DNA of 64,000 bases from Auanema rhodensis (taxonomy: Eukaryota > Animalia > Nematoda). Of this stretch, positions 11,001 through 19,883 are shown piece by piece. The notes under the pieces are model-generated. The model was not told the DNA's origin. It did not search any database and was given only the letters and a program-made list of their open reading frames with translations. The DNA lies in the NCBI GenBank assembly GCA_964057225.1, contig OZ059895.1:12028001-12092000 (forward strand), read 5' to 3'. A program made the position numbers and the translations under genes. Position 1 is the first letter of the stretch. Each line of letters opens with the position of its first letter.

Positions 11001-12330
11001 TTCAAAATGGATCATAGCGATACCGCTCATTCGTCAAACATCAGAAGAAATAGTATCAGCTATTATGACACACTTATTCTATGTCTTCGGACCCCCAAAG
11101 AAAATCATCACAGACAATGGATCAAACTTTGTCTCACACGAATTCAAAAACATGTGTGATGATCTTGGATCGGAACATCACACAACTATGCCATACTACA
11201 AAAACGCAAATGGTCAAGTGGAACGGCTACACAGAACACTGGAAGAAGCATTAACTTCCTACGTTAATGACGATCAAGACAATTGGGATATCATTCTACC
11301 AAAAATTGTTTTTACGATGAATCGACTACCAAACGCTACTACTCGCACACCACCCTACGACTGTCTGTTTGGACAAACAGCTCGGTTACCAATAGATAAG
11401 GACTTAGAAACTCCAGGAGCCACAATCAAGAACGCCCCGGACTTACACGAGAAGATTCATGAAAGGATAGAGTTGAATAATGAAAGAATGAAGAAGAAAT
11501 ACGACGAAAATCACAGGACGCAGGAAAGAGAGATCTTCGTGGAAAATAGAGCACTCGTCAAGCGAGCAAAGCCAGCAAATAAATTACAAACAACAAGCGA
11601 TGGACCATATATAATCAAGGAAATAAAAGGAAATAACGTAATATTAGCAGATAGCGAAGGGAATACGATTATAGCTCACAAGAATAATATAAGATACTTT
11701 CCACCCGACGATAACAACGTCGAAGAAAGCGAGCACAACAGAAACGACTCCGCACCTGCCATTTATAGCGACGGCTCACAGCAGGATACGGAAAATACGC
11801 GCGCTAAAAATAGCACGCCCACCGCAACATCAATCTCTGATTCAGAAAGCGACAACGAGGACGAATTCTACGAACAAAGCCGACCTTCAATAACACCACA
11901 AGAAACAATAGCACCACAGGAAATTACGCGGGAAACACAACAGGACAATTATCAACCAGAAACCGGACCGAATACGGCAGACAAGTCAGCTACGGACAAG
12001 GACGAAAACAACTTATTTCAACAACTTGTCGATAAAATTGGAGAAGAAACAAGGCAAGAGCTCTATGAAGAAAGACGTAAAGAGATACCCACAACCAAAA
12101 GATGGAGCTCAGCCCTCAAGTTGGCACTTGGAATAGAAGACAAAAATCCTATAACCGCTCCAAAACCATTCCACGTACCAATAAGGTACAACAGCGTGAT
12201 ACCCACCTTAGAGTCTAAAAACAGGCTCACACGCTCTCAGATACCGGATGCTCATTTCAATTCTCCAAAAACACCGGTTGTACGAAAGAAACGACCTTCA
12301 ACAGTGATTGGAGCAACAACAACCATTTAA
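5191..12330 (+). CDS. pol: Env-Pol polyprotein: class III-like glycoprotein, TM, protease, RT, RNase H, integrase, C-terminal tail (frame is open from 4825)
   Basis: LWDTGAS (~8311), YLDD (~9625), ESDGS RNase H, H-H-C-C zinc finger, HMD / TDNGSNF / VERLHR integrase, GPY motif; Cys-rich N-terminal ectodomain with furin site and TM. Confidence 0.95.
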   Translation: MIPCQADNTYQLCIGKRGGIFLEPPRPTTCSDYAHKDGVEIKTVELFAENMNYKEWEAWKCAKEIYKTCAHDLFFIRENNVTLLRIEPATPQECQTVIQERRHMDNDLNREAPGLFKAPMPSSTQSKSFWASSCTTKSRFTLERGMMTSLHDDTIISDLFINTEGCTKQQGVCNTTNAVITWIPPNDHRNCDYTTLGKFEALINNDTVLISEIQGAFILKNNTPDPTATRCMNTSIYSTDSGTYISIKDLKTHRRQKRMAPQEYPTRFFNITIYKSLRLTDSSTGILPMYQTYRNRKRLDNAYNLMEYLKTSSVHIGFIKFLQLDSSKLKNRLLWHNYTDINMVILHTLAEAEIRLSTKIAIEHLLPSEITAKLSKQITISDFATRLLNYEGDYLDRARQIAIEIAHTPTTLATGETISSMEDYLYQLYAPRMTKLPRSRTDTQFYTQMDQIQEFLDYLEQNNRLTRISKEQRETENKKWADLTKQANSSAIVFPNYTLIFNGHAQNYGLPKNQPTIRPITDEDSKLFQQAYLQLIESPGASPTTTTTTTTTTTTSTTTTTAPTTTAHRTSPPQPTTTPRRYYYYQSTTTPVTPPPRPLTTTPRRESTRTLPTTRTTTKRATTTQPIEEIKSHTGSQAHLNFLRTRADIIQKYDDQLRQQDTRSHLQYSTSKLEEEILQSFQITKKSVCRMQNKQLLTWWAILQINPTIGIRTMLRRQDISAKFVGEHLIYVMPCTPVEVTRVYSDHKRDDKCYLETPVDTEHHGKLFITPGSRDLTPYAHIIACDMATSDPYRENNQWMKDNSTLNVTNFSFSDELTSVKIDHIKFNNSNIFSNLTESTFPMALAISYGSSLASLQATMPGKLKPVFKHSGLSNLNPIGIIGGTVGTTLMIADNISNNAEKQITNFFGYIGESITAWILRTLAIIGAIIVTIGLITVTIWALKIYACTTRIPINQITFNEQDEEPRGEDKQFELKPLVTSQQEKLYTRTSRYDPDAPLSDNDFFAYLPRYAMKESRINYIGGSRLPFVPLSIHNQIFTALWDTGASISYMKESTFQQLPAATMVMEKTTAIVANKSRFSFLGYTRIPIIIGKTEIEHKVLISANNHCPAPILLGIDFIEALNKIGINTSLRPLQNSLLIGDTIVPLAQDYAPWTENHTIAHVVSLETKQFYPGETRSLTLEVDDPASYEQAFIRSSQRTGKMSFAPTTFTPTGYGVQIFATNISPDTIVVQTNQGIGTAYAIPKNTEEQKGQYVPPEARWEDQLPYFPEDFIKDLDVTNTIFTQLERQQLKKIVLRNKEAFLNEDRNIGLFKGPVEHSIPIIEGKVPSFKITYRIPLSQQEEVEKQVEEMLEQGIIEPSFSMTTSPVILVKKKDKTYRFVTDFRALNAITQKQIYVISNIQDILDLAAGARIFSNFDLVSGFFQIPLRSEDRHLTAFTTTSGTYQYCRMPMGLCGAPHTFQNAVRYLQQHVRCKLFVYLDDLLLISESTTKHSQDIDEVLNASAELGLKIKLKKCTFGQQEVKFLGFIVGHEGIKPDPQKVKAIQDYPRPKSITGVRAFMGVVNYFRRFIRNAAGIASPLYELTKKDTAFKWGDAEEQAFQQLKQILCQAPVLQAPIAKRPYVIESDGSIIAVGAVLLQAKDDKEPLHPIAFASRKLNKAERNYPPIEIEALALTFAVHQFRTYILGTPIRIITDHRPLTSLMTRKDLIGRLAKFQIVLQEYDIEIVYRPGRLNSVCDALSRYFEDEVNEAKERKKKPKETPTHKISTISTITDLRTIQGNTEWIMETKEKIRNKTAGRQLMDRYIVVNDALYAKPKTALQTPRAILPNDPAITIPIIEKFHKDPILGAHLGINKTQDSILRRYTWTGIQDDITRYVNRCLGCAKRKNNPHEATVEPMRNFPTVTHPWERVHMDILGPLTRTANDKRYILSIQDAFSKWIIAIPLIRQTSEEIVSAIMTHLFYVFGPPKKIITDNGSNFVSHEFKNMCDDLGSEHHTTMPYYKNANGQVERLHRTLEEALTSYVNDDQDNWDIILPKIVFTMNRLPNATTRTPPYDCLFGQTARLPIDKDLETPGATIKNAPDLHEKIHERIELNNERMKKKYDENHRTQEREIFVENRALVKRAKPANKLQTTSDGPYIIKEIKGNNVILADSEGNTIIAHKNNIRYFPPDDNNVEESEHNRNDSAPAIYSDGSQQDTENTRAKNSTPTATSISDSESDNEDEFYEQSRPSITPQETIAPQEITRETQQDNYQPETGPNTADKSATDKDENNLFQQLVDKIGEETRQELYEERRKEIPTTKRWSSALKLALGIEDKNPITAPKPFHVPIRYNSVIPTLESKNRLTRSQIPDAHFNSPKTPVVRKKRPSTVIGATTTI

Positions 12331-12555
12331 TCAAAAATAGAAACTTTTTTTTGGGAAAATAACTTTATTCATTAATTTTTTTTTTTATTAATTTATAATA
12401 ATTCATTCTATCTGCTACCCAAACAACAAAAACAATGTTTTCCCCAATCATCAATCTTAATATCTATGTATCACAAAATATATACTTACCTATTTTTTTC
12501 ACCCTATATAAGCTCAAAATTCACCTCAAGCAGAAAAACTCCCAGCACCACAAGA

Positions 12556-13191
12556 ATGGCACTCGTCTTCCCTCCACCAGCCTGCGAGACACCTATCGCG
12601 ATGATCAAGGAAAAGTGGATCAAGATTCATTCGCTCCAGATAGAACTACAACAACTGGAGACAACAAACAACAGGACTAAAAAGATAAGAATTCTCCAAT
12701 CATTTTCGGAGAATTTAGCCAGAGTTACTCTATTAATAGAGACTCTGGAAAGGTTACAATGTTCATGTAACAATGATGAAGAAGAGATGGCCAAAATGGC
12801 GCAAAACTGGTCCGAGGCCACTGCCCGCACCAAGGCCACCATCAACAAACTACGCGAAGATCTAGGCTATCCAGCCTCCGAAAATGTAGCTAGCGCGGAT
12901 CTCATCCCAAGATGGGCCGCGGAAGAGATCCACAAGAGCTGGACAGAAGAAAGTATGATGGAATCGACTAACCAGTCGATTAGGAAGGCGGGAGACCTGA
13001 TCAGCCAGGCCTTAAGGATACTAATGGCGACGCGCGCCACCACTCCGGACCAGAAAAGAAAGAAAATGATGATAGCAGGCCAGGCGACGGAACTGCTGAC
13101 AGACGTCAGCCTGTTCCACATATGGACGGTCGCCGACCGGCAACCCGCGACCGACTTCCAGCTGGGACAAATCGAGGAGGAAGAAGGATAA
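12556..13191 (+). CDS. Accessory ORF of element 1, ~211 aa predicted helical protein of unknown function (frame open from 12466)
   Basis: Intact ORF between pol and the 3' LTR; aligns along its length with 20500-21102 of element 2. Confidence 0.85.
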   Translation: MALVFPPPACETPIAMIKEKWIKIHSLQIELQQLETTNNRTKKIRILQSFSENLARVTLLIETLERLQCSCNNDEEEMAKMAQNWSEATARTKATINKLREDLGYPASENVASADLIPRWAAEEIHKSWTEESMMESTNQSIRKAGDLISQALRILMATRATTPDQKRKKMMIAGQATELLTDVSLFHIWTVADRQPATDFQLGQIEEEEG

Positions 13192-13413
13192 CAGCTGCAC
13201 GAGGTGAATTCATAGTTTTTCTTTTCTTCTCTTTTCTTTTCTTTTCTTTTTATATTGTTTTCATTTTTTTAATATTATTCCTATTACACTATTATTCCTA
13301 TTCTAGTATTCTAATTCTAATTCATTTATATATATATTTTTCTCTTTTGTTTCTTTTCCTTAAAAGGTCTAATTTCTTATAGCTGAGGTCAGCTACTTTT
13401 TCAATATAAGGCA

Positions 13414-13752
13414 TGTTCCATACGTGTCTTATAAAGAAGGCGGTTGACAACGTCAACCGACTTTTGGTTAATAGAATTCAATAAGAAACTAGACCTGAAC
13501 TACTTTTTGTATAAATTCAATTATATTTGTAATTAATATTTTGCTATATAAACCCCTGAGAAAGCAACTAGGTTGGCTTTCTCATAACATGTAGTTTCAT
13601 TTATTTGATTATTGTATTTTGCTTTTATAATTGTATTTCCATATTCTGAATAAACTTCTTTTTCTCTACTCTCTGTTACTTTTACAATGGCATTCACACT
13701 ATTAAAGTCCATATGGTTACCTAGCCGGAACCCTAGGAACCAATATGGAACG
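13414..13752 (+). repeat. 3' LTR of element 1
   Basis: Direct repeat of 2001-2339. Confidence 0.96.
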
Positions 13753-13841
13753 TTACGTAGAAAATTACATAACTAACATGAAATTGGAAAAAAAACAATA
13801 ACGAGGATAAGTATGTAAATCATTGAATATCAGATATTTTC

Positions 13842-13960
13842 GCTTACGACCATACCACGTTGAAAGTACGCCATCCCGTCCGATCTGGCAAGTCAAGCAA
13901 CGTTGGGCCCGGTTAGTACTTGGATCGGAGACGGCTTGGGAATCCCGGGTGCCGTAAGCT
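13842..13960 (+). rRNA. 5S rRNA (consensus type)
   Basis: 119-nt 5S followed by TTTT. Confidence 0.96.
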
Positions 13961-14372
13961 TTTCAAATTTTTTTAACGATCATACCACGTTGAAAGTACG
14001 CCATGCAGCTGATTTTCAATTTTATCTCTTCCGTAACAAATGTTTTCAATTTTCCAGCAGTTTTACTTAGATAGCTCAACCCAAGGCATTAAAATATCTT
14101 CAATCTTATTTCTATATTACAGTTATAAACCAGTAGTTTATGAACCTTCATCTTAACTTTACTGTTTCTATCTATTTCCTATTGGAACAAACATTGTTTA
14201 AACACTATACAACTGTGAAACCTTTTTTAATTTATTGTATTTGGATCTCATAAGATTTGATATCATCGAGGGATTTAGATGTTACGTAGAAAATTACATA
14301 ACTAACATGAAATTTGGAAAAAAAAACAATAACGAGGATAAGTATGTAAATCATTGAATATCAGATATTTTC

Positions 14373-14491
14373 GCTTACGACCATACCACGTTGTAAGTAC
14401 GCCATCCCGTCCGATCTGGCAAGTCAAGCAACGTTGGGCCCGGTTAGTACTTGGATCGGAGACGGCTTGGGAATCCCGGGTGCCGTAAGCT
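14373..14491 (+). rRNA. 5S rRNA
   Basis: 119-nt 5S, 1 substitution. Confidence 0.94.
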
Positions 14492-14901
14492 TTTCAAATT
14501 TTTTTAACGATCATACCACGTTGAAAGTACGCCATGCAGCTGATTTTCAATTTTATCTCTTCCGTAACAAATGTTTTCAATTTTCCAGCAGTTTTACTTA
14601 GATAGCTCAACCCAAGGCATCAAAATATCTTCAATCTTATTTCTTTATTACAGTTATAAACCAGTAGTTTATGAACCTTCATCTTAACTTTACTGTTTCT
14701 ATCTATTTCCTATTGGAACAAACATTAATTAAACACTATACAACTGTAAAACCTTTTTTAATTTATTGTATTTCGAGCTAATAAGATTTGATATCATCGA
14801 GGGACTTAGATGTAATGTGGAAAATTACATAACTAACATGAAATTGGAAAAAAAACAATAACGAGGATAAGTATGTAAATCATTGAATATCAGATATTTT
14901 C

Positions 14902-15020
14902 GCTTACGACCATACCACGTTGAAAGTACGCCATCCCGTCCGATCTGGCAAGTCAAGCAACGTTGGGCCCGGTTAGTACTTGGATCGGAGACGGCTTGGG
15001 AATCCCGGGTGCCGTAAGCT
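14902..15020 (+). rRNA. 5S rRNA (consensus type)
   Basis: 119-nt 5S. Confidence 0.96.
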
Positions 15021-15432
15021 TTTCAAATTTTTTTAACGATCATACCACGTTGAAAGTACGCCATGCAGCTGATTTTCAATTTTATCTCTTCCGTAACAAA
15101 TGTTTTCAATTTTCCAGCAGTTTTACTTAGATAGCTCAACCCAAGGCATTAAAATATCTTCAATCTTATTTCTATATTACAGTTATAAACCAGTAGTTTA
15201 TGAACCTTCATCTTAACTTTACTGTTTCTATCTATTTCCTATTGGAACAAACATTGTTTAAACACTATACAACTGTGAAACCTTTTTTAATTTATTGTAT
15301 TTGGATCTCATAAGATTTGATATCATCGAGGGATTTAGATGTTACGTAGAAAATTACATAACTAACATGAAATTTGGAAAAAAAAACAATAACGAGGATA
15401 AGTATGTAAATCATTGAATATCAGATATTTTC

Positions 15433-15551
15433 GCTTACGACCATACCACGTTGTAAGTACGCCATCCCGTCCGATCTGGCAAGTCAAGCAACGTTGGGCC
15501 CGGTTAGTACTTGGATCGGAGACGGCTTGGGAATCCCGGGTGCCGTAAGCT
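15433..15551 (+). rRNA. 5S rRNA
   Basis: 119-nt 5S. Confidence 0.94.
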
Positions 15552-15961
15552 TTTCAAATTTTTTTAACGATCATACCACGTTGAAAGTACGCCATGCAGC
15601 TGATTTTCAATTTTATCTCTTCCGTAACAAATGTTTTCAATTTTCCAGCAGTTTTACTTAGATAGCTCAACCCAAGGCATCAAAATATCTTCAATCTTAT
15701 TTCTTTATTACAGTTATAAACCAGTAGTTTATGAACCTTCATCTTAACTTTACTGTTTCTATCTATTTCCTATTGGAACAAACATTAATTAAACACTATA
15801 CAACTGTAAAACCTTTTTTAATTTATTGTATTTCGAGCTAATAAGATTTGATATCATCGAGGGACTTAGATGTAATGTGGAAAATTACATAACTAACATG
15901 AAATTGGAAAAAAAACAATAACGAGGATAAGTATGTAAATCATTGAATATCAGATATTTTC

Positions 15962-16080
15962 GCTTACGACCATACCACGTTGAAAGTACGCCATCCCGTC
16001 CAATCTGGCAAGTCAAGCAACGTTGGGCCCGGTTAGTACTTGAATCGGACACGGCTTGGGAATCCCGGGTGCCGTAAGCT
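15962..16080 (+). rRNA. 5S rRNA (variant)
   Basis: 119-nt 5S, 3 substitutions. Confidence 0.88.
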
Positions 16081-16492
16081 TTTCAAATTTTTTTAACGAT
16101 CATACCACGTTGAAAGTACGCCATGCAGCTGATTTTCAATTTTATCTCTTCCGTAACAAATGTTTTCAATTTTCCAGCAGTTTTACTTAGATAGCTCAAC
16201 CCAAGGCATTAAAATATCTTCAATCTTATTTCTATATTACAGTTATAAACCAGTAGTTTATGAACCTTCATCTTAACTTTACTGTTTCTATCTATTTCCT
16301 ATTGGAACAAACATTGTTTAAACACTATACAACTGTGAAACCTTTTTTAATTTATTGTATTTGGATCTCATAAGATTTGATATCATCGAGGGATTTAGAT
16401 GTTACGTAGAAAATTACATAACTAACATGAAATTTGGAAAAAAAAACAATAACGAGGATAAGTATGTAAATCATTGAATATCAGATATTTTC

Positions 16493-16611
16493 GCTTACGA
16501 CCATACCACGTTGTAAGTACGCCATCCCGTCCGATCTGGCAAGTCAAGCAACGTTGGGCCCGGTTAGTACTTGGATCGGAGACGGCTTGGGAATCCCGGG
16601 TGCCGTAAGCT
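16493..16611 (+). rRNA. 5S rRNA
   Basis: 119-nt 5S. Confidence 0.94.
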
Positions 16612-17022
16612 TTTCAAATTTTTTTAACGATCATTCCACGTTGAAAGTACGCCATGCAGCTGATTTTCAATTTTATCTCTTCCGTAACAAATGTTTTCAA
16701 TTTTCCAGCAGTTTTACTTAGATAGCTCAACCCAAGGCATCAAAATATCTTCAATCTTATTTCTTTATTACAGTTATAAACCAGTAGTTTATGAACCTTC
16801 ATCTTAACTTTACTGTTTCTATCTATTTCCTATTAAAACAAACGTTGTTTAAACACTATACAACTGTGAAACCTTTTTTAATTTATTGTATTTGGAGCTC
16901 ATAAGATTCAATATCATCGAGGGATTTAGATGTAACGTGGAAAATTACATAACTAACATGAAATTGGAAAAAAAAACAATAACGAGGATAAATATGTAAA
17001 TCATTGAATATCAGATATTTTC

Positions 17023-17141
17023 GCTTACGACCATACCACGTTGAAAGTACGCCATCCCGTCCGATCTGGCAAGTCAAGCAACGTTGGGCCCGGTTAGTAC
17101 TTGGATCGGAGACAGCTTGGGAATCCCGGGTGCCGTAAGCT
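17023..17141 (+). rRNA. 5S rRNA
   Basis: 119-nt 5S. Confidence 0.94.
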
Positions 17142-17551
17142 TTTCAAATTTTTTTAACGATCATACCACGTTGAAAGTACGCCATGCAGCTGATTTTCAA
17201 TTTTATCTCTTCCGTAACAAATGTTTTCAATTTTCCAGCAGTTTTACTTAGATAGCTCAACCCAAGCCATTAAAATATCTTCAATCTTATTTCTATATTA
17301 CAGTTATAAACCAGTAGTTTATGAACCTTCATCTCAACTTTACTGTTTCTATCTATTTCCTATTGAAACAAACATTGTTTAAACACTATACAACTGTGAA
17401 ACCTTTTTTAATTTATTGTATTTGGATCTCATAAGATTTGATATCATCGAGGGATTTAGATGTTACGTAGAAAATTACATAACTAACATGAAATTGGAAA
17501 AAAAACAATAACGAGGATAAGTATGTAGATCATTGAATATCAGATATTTTC

Positions 17552-17670
17552 TCTTACGACCATACCACGTTGAAAGTACGCCATCCCGTCCGATCTGGCA
17601 AGTCAAACAACGTTGGGCCCGGTTAGTACTTGGATCGGAGACGGCTTCTGAATCCCGGGTGCCGTAAGCA
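17552..17670 (+). rRNA. 5S rRNA (divergent CTTCTGAA variant, +1 G>T)
   Basis: 119-nt 5S with several substitutions. Confidence 0.82.
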
Positions 17671-18479
17671 TTTCAAATTTTTTTAACGATCATACCACGT
17701 TGAAAGTACGCCATGCAGCTGATTTTCAATTTTATCTCTTCCGTAACAAAAGTTTTCAATTTTCCAGCAGTTTTACTTAGATAGCTCAACCCAAGGCATT
17801 AAAATATCTTCAATCTTATTTCTATATTACAGTTATAAACCAGTAGTTTATGAACCTTCATCTTAACTTTACTGTTTCTATCTATTTCCTATTGAAACAA
17901 ACATTGTTTAAACACTATACAACTGTGAAACCTTTTTTAATTTATCGTATTTGGATCTCATAAGATTTGATATCATCGAGGGATTTAGATGTTACGTAGA
18001 AAATTACATAACTAACATGAAATTGGAAAAAAAACAATAACGAAGATAAGTATGTAGATCATTGAATATCAGATATTTTCGCTTACGACCATACCACGTT
18101 GAAAGTACGCCATGCAGCTGATTTTCAATTTTATCTCTTCCGTAACAAATGTTTTCAATTTTCCAGCAGTTTTACTTAGATAGCTCAACCCAAGGCATTA
18201 AAATATCTTCAATCTTATTTCTATATTACAGTTATAAACCAGTAGTTTATGAACCTTCATCTTAACTTTACTGTTTCTATCTATTTCCTATTGGAACAAA
18301 CATTGTTTAAACACTATACAACTGTGAAACCTTTTTTAATTTATTGTATTTGGATCTCATAAGATTTGATATCATCGAGGGATTTAGATGTGACGTGGAA
18401 AATTACATAACTAACATGAAATTGGAAAAAAAACAATAACGAGGATAAGTATGTAAATCATTGAATATCAGATATTTTC

Positions 18480-18598
18480 GCTTACGACCATACCACGTTG
18501 AAAGTACGCCATCCCGTCCGATCTGGCAAGTCAAGCAACGTTGGGCCCGGTTAGTACTTGGATCGGAGACAGCTTGGGAATCCCGGGTGCCGTAAGCT
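18480..18598 (+). rRNA. 5S rRNA
   Basis: 119-nt 5S. Confidence 0.94.
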
Positions 18599-19008
18599 TT
18601 TCAAATTTTTTTAACGATCATACCACGTTGAAAGTACGCCATGCATCTGATTTTCAATTTTATCTCTTCCGTAACAAATGTTTTCAATTTTCCAGCAGTT
18701 TTACTTAGATAGCTCAACCCAAGCCATTAAAATATCTTCAATCTTATTTCTATATTACAGTTATAAACCAGTAGTTTATGAACCTTCATCTTAACTTTAC
18801 TGTTTCTATCTATTTCCTATTGAAACAAACATTGTTTAAACACTATACAACTGTGAAACCTTTTTTAATTTATTGTATTTGGATCTCATAAGATTTGATA
18901 TCATCGAGGGATTTAGATGTTACGTAGAAAATTACATAACTAACATGAAATTGGAAAAAAAACAATAACGAGGATAAGTATGTAGATCATTGAATATCAG
19001 ATATTTTC

Positions 19009-19127
19009 GCTTACGACCATACCACGTTGAAAGTACGCCATCCCGTCCGATCTGGCAAGTCAAACAACGTTGGGCCCGGTTAGTACTTGGATCGGAGACG
19101 GCTTCTGAATCCCGGGTGCCGTAAGCA
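19009..19127 (+). rRNA. 5S rRNA (CTTCTGAA variant)
   Basis: 119-nt 5S. Confidence 0.85.
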
Positions 19128-19883
19128 TTTCAAATTTTTTTAACGATCATACCACGTTGAAAGTACGCCATGCAGCTGATTTTCAATTTTATCTCTTCCG
19201 TAACAAAAGTTTTCAATTTTCCAGCAGTTTTACTTAGATAGCTCAACCCAAGGCATTAAAATATCTTCAATCTTATTTCTATATTACAGTTATAAACCAG
19301 TAGTTTATGAACCTTCATCTTAACTTTACTGTTTCTATCTATTTCCTATTGAAACAAACATTGTTTAAACACTATACAACTGTGAAACCTTTTTTAATTT
19401 ATCGTATTTGGATCTCATAAGATTTGATATCATCGAGGGATTTAGATGTTACGTAGAAAATTACATAACTAACATGAAATTGGAAAAAAAACAATAACGA
19501 AGATAAGTATGTAGATCATTGAATATCAGATATTTTCGCTTACGACCATACCACGTTGAAAGTACGCCATGCAGCTGATTTTCGATTTTATCTCTTCCGT
19601 AACAAAAGTTTTCAATTTTCCAGCAGTTTTACTTAGATAGCTCAGCCCAAGGCATTAAAATATCTTCAATCTTATTTCTATATTACAATTATAAACCAGT
19701 AGTTTATGAACCTTAATCTTAACTTTACTGTTTCTATCTATTTCCTATTAAAACAAACGTTGTTTAAACACTATACAACTGTGAAACCTTTTTTAATTTA
19801 TTGTATTTGGAGCTCATAAGATTCAATATCATCGAGGGATTTAGATGTAACGTGGAAAATTACATAACTAACATGAAATTGGA

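Larger units (their letters stand above)
2001..13752 (+). mobile_element. Ty3/gypsy-type LTR retroelement (endogenous-retrovirus-like) with env between gag and pol and a 3' accessory ORF
   Basis: Two 339-bp LTRs that look identical; 4-bp TSD TTAC (1997-2000 / 13753-13756); PBS; PR-RT-RH-IN order. Confidence 0.96.
13753..19883 (+). repeat. 5S rDNA tandem array, segment 2
   Basis: 529-531 bp units, plus 399-bp deleted units starting at 18081 and 19538. Confidence 0.96.

Noticed and set aside
5199-11005. Short overlapping and antisense ORFs within env-pol (likewise within the BEL polyprotein)
   Set aside because: Shadow frames of long coding sequences, with no motifs
14074-14094. GCTCAACCCAAGGCATTAAAA as a degenerate SL1
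   Set aside because: Only a 7-mer (ACCCAAG) or a weak reverse-strand resemblance; no splice donor or Sm site in position
14160-14170. CTGTTTC as a piRNA (Ruby) upstream motif in every spacer
   Set aside because: A 7-mer in AT-rich DNA, lacking the final A and mutated in many units; unsupported without small-RNA data
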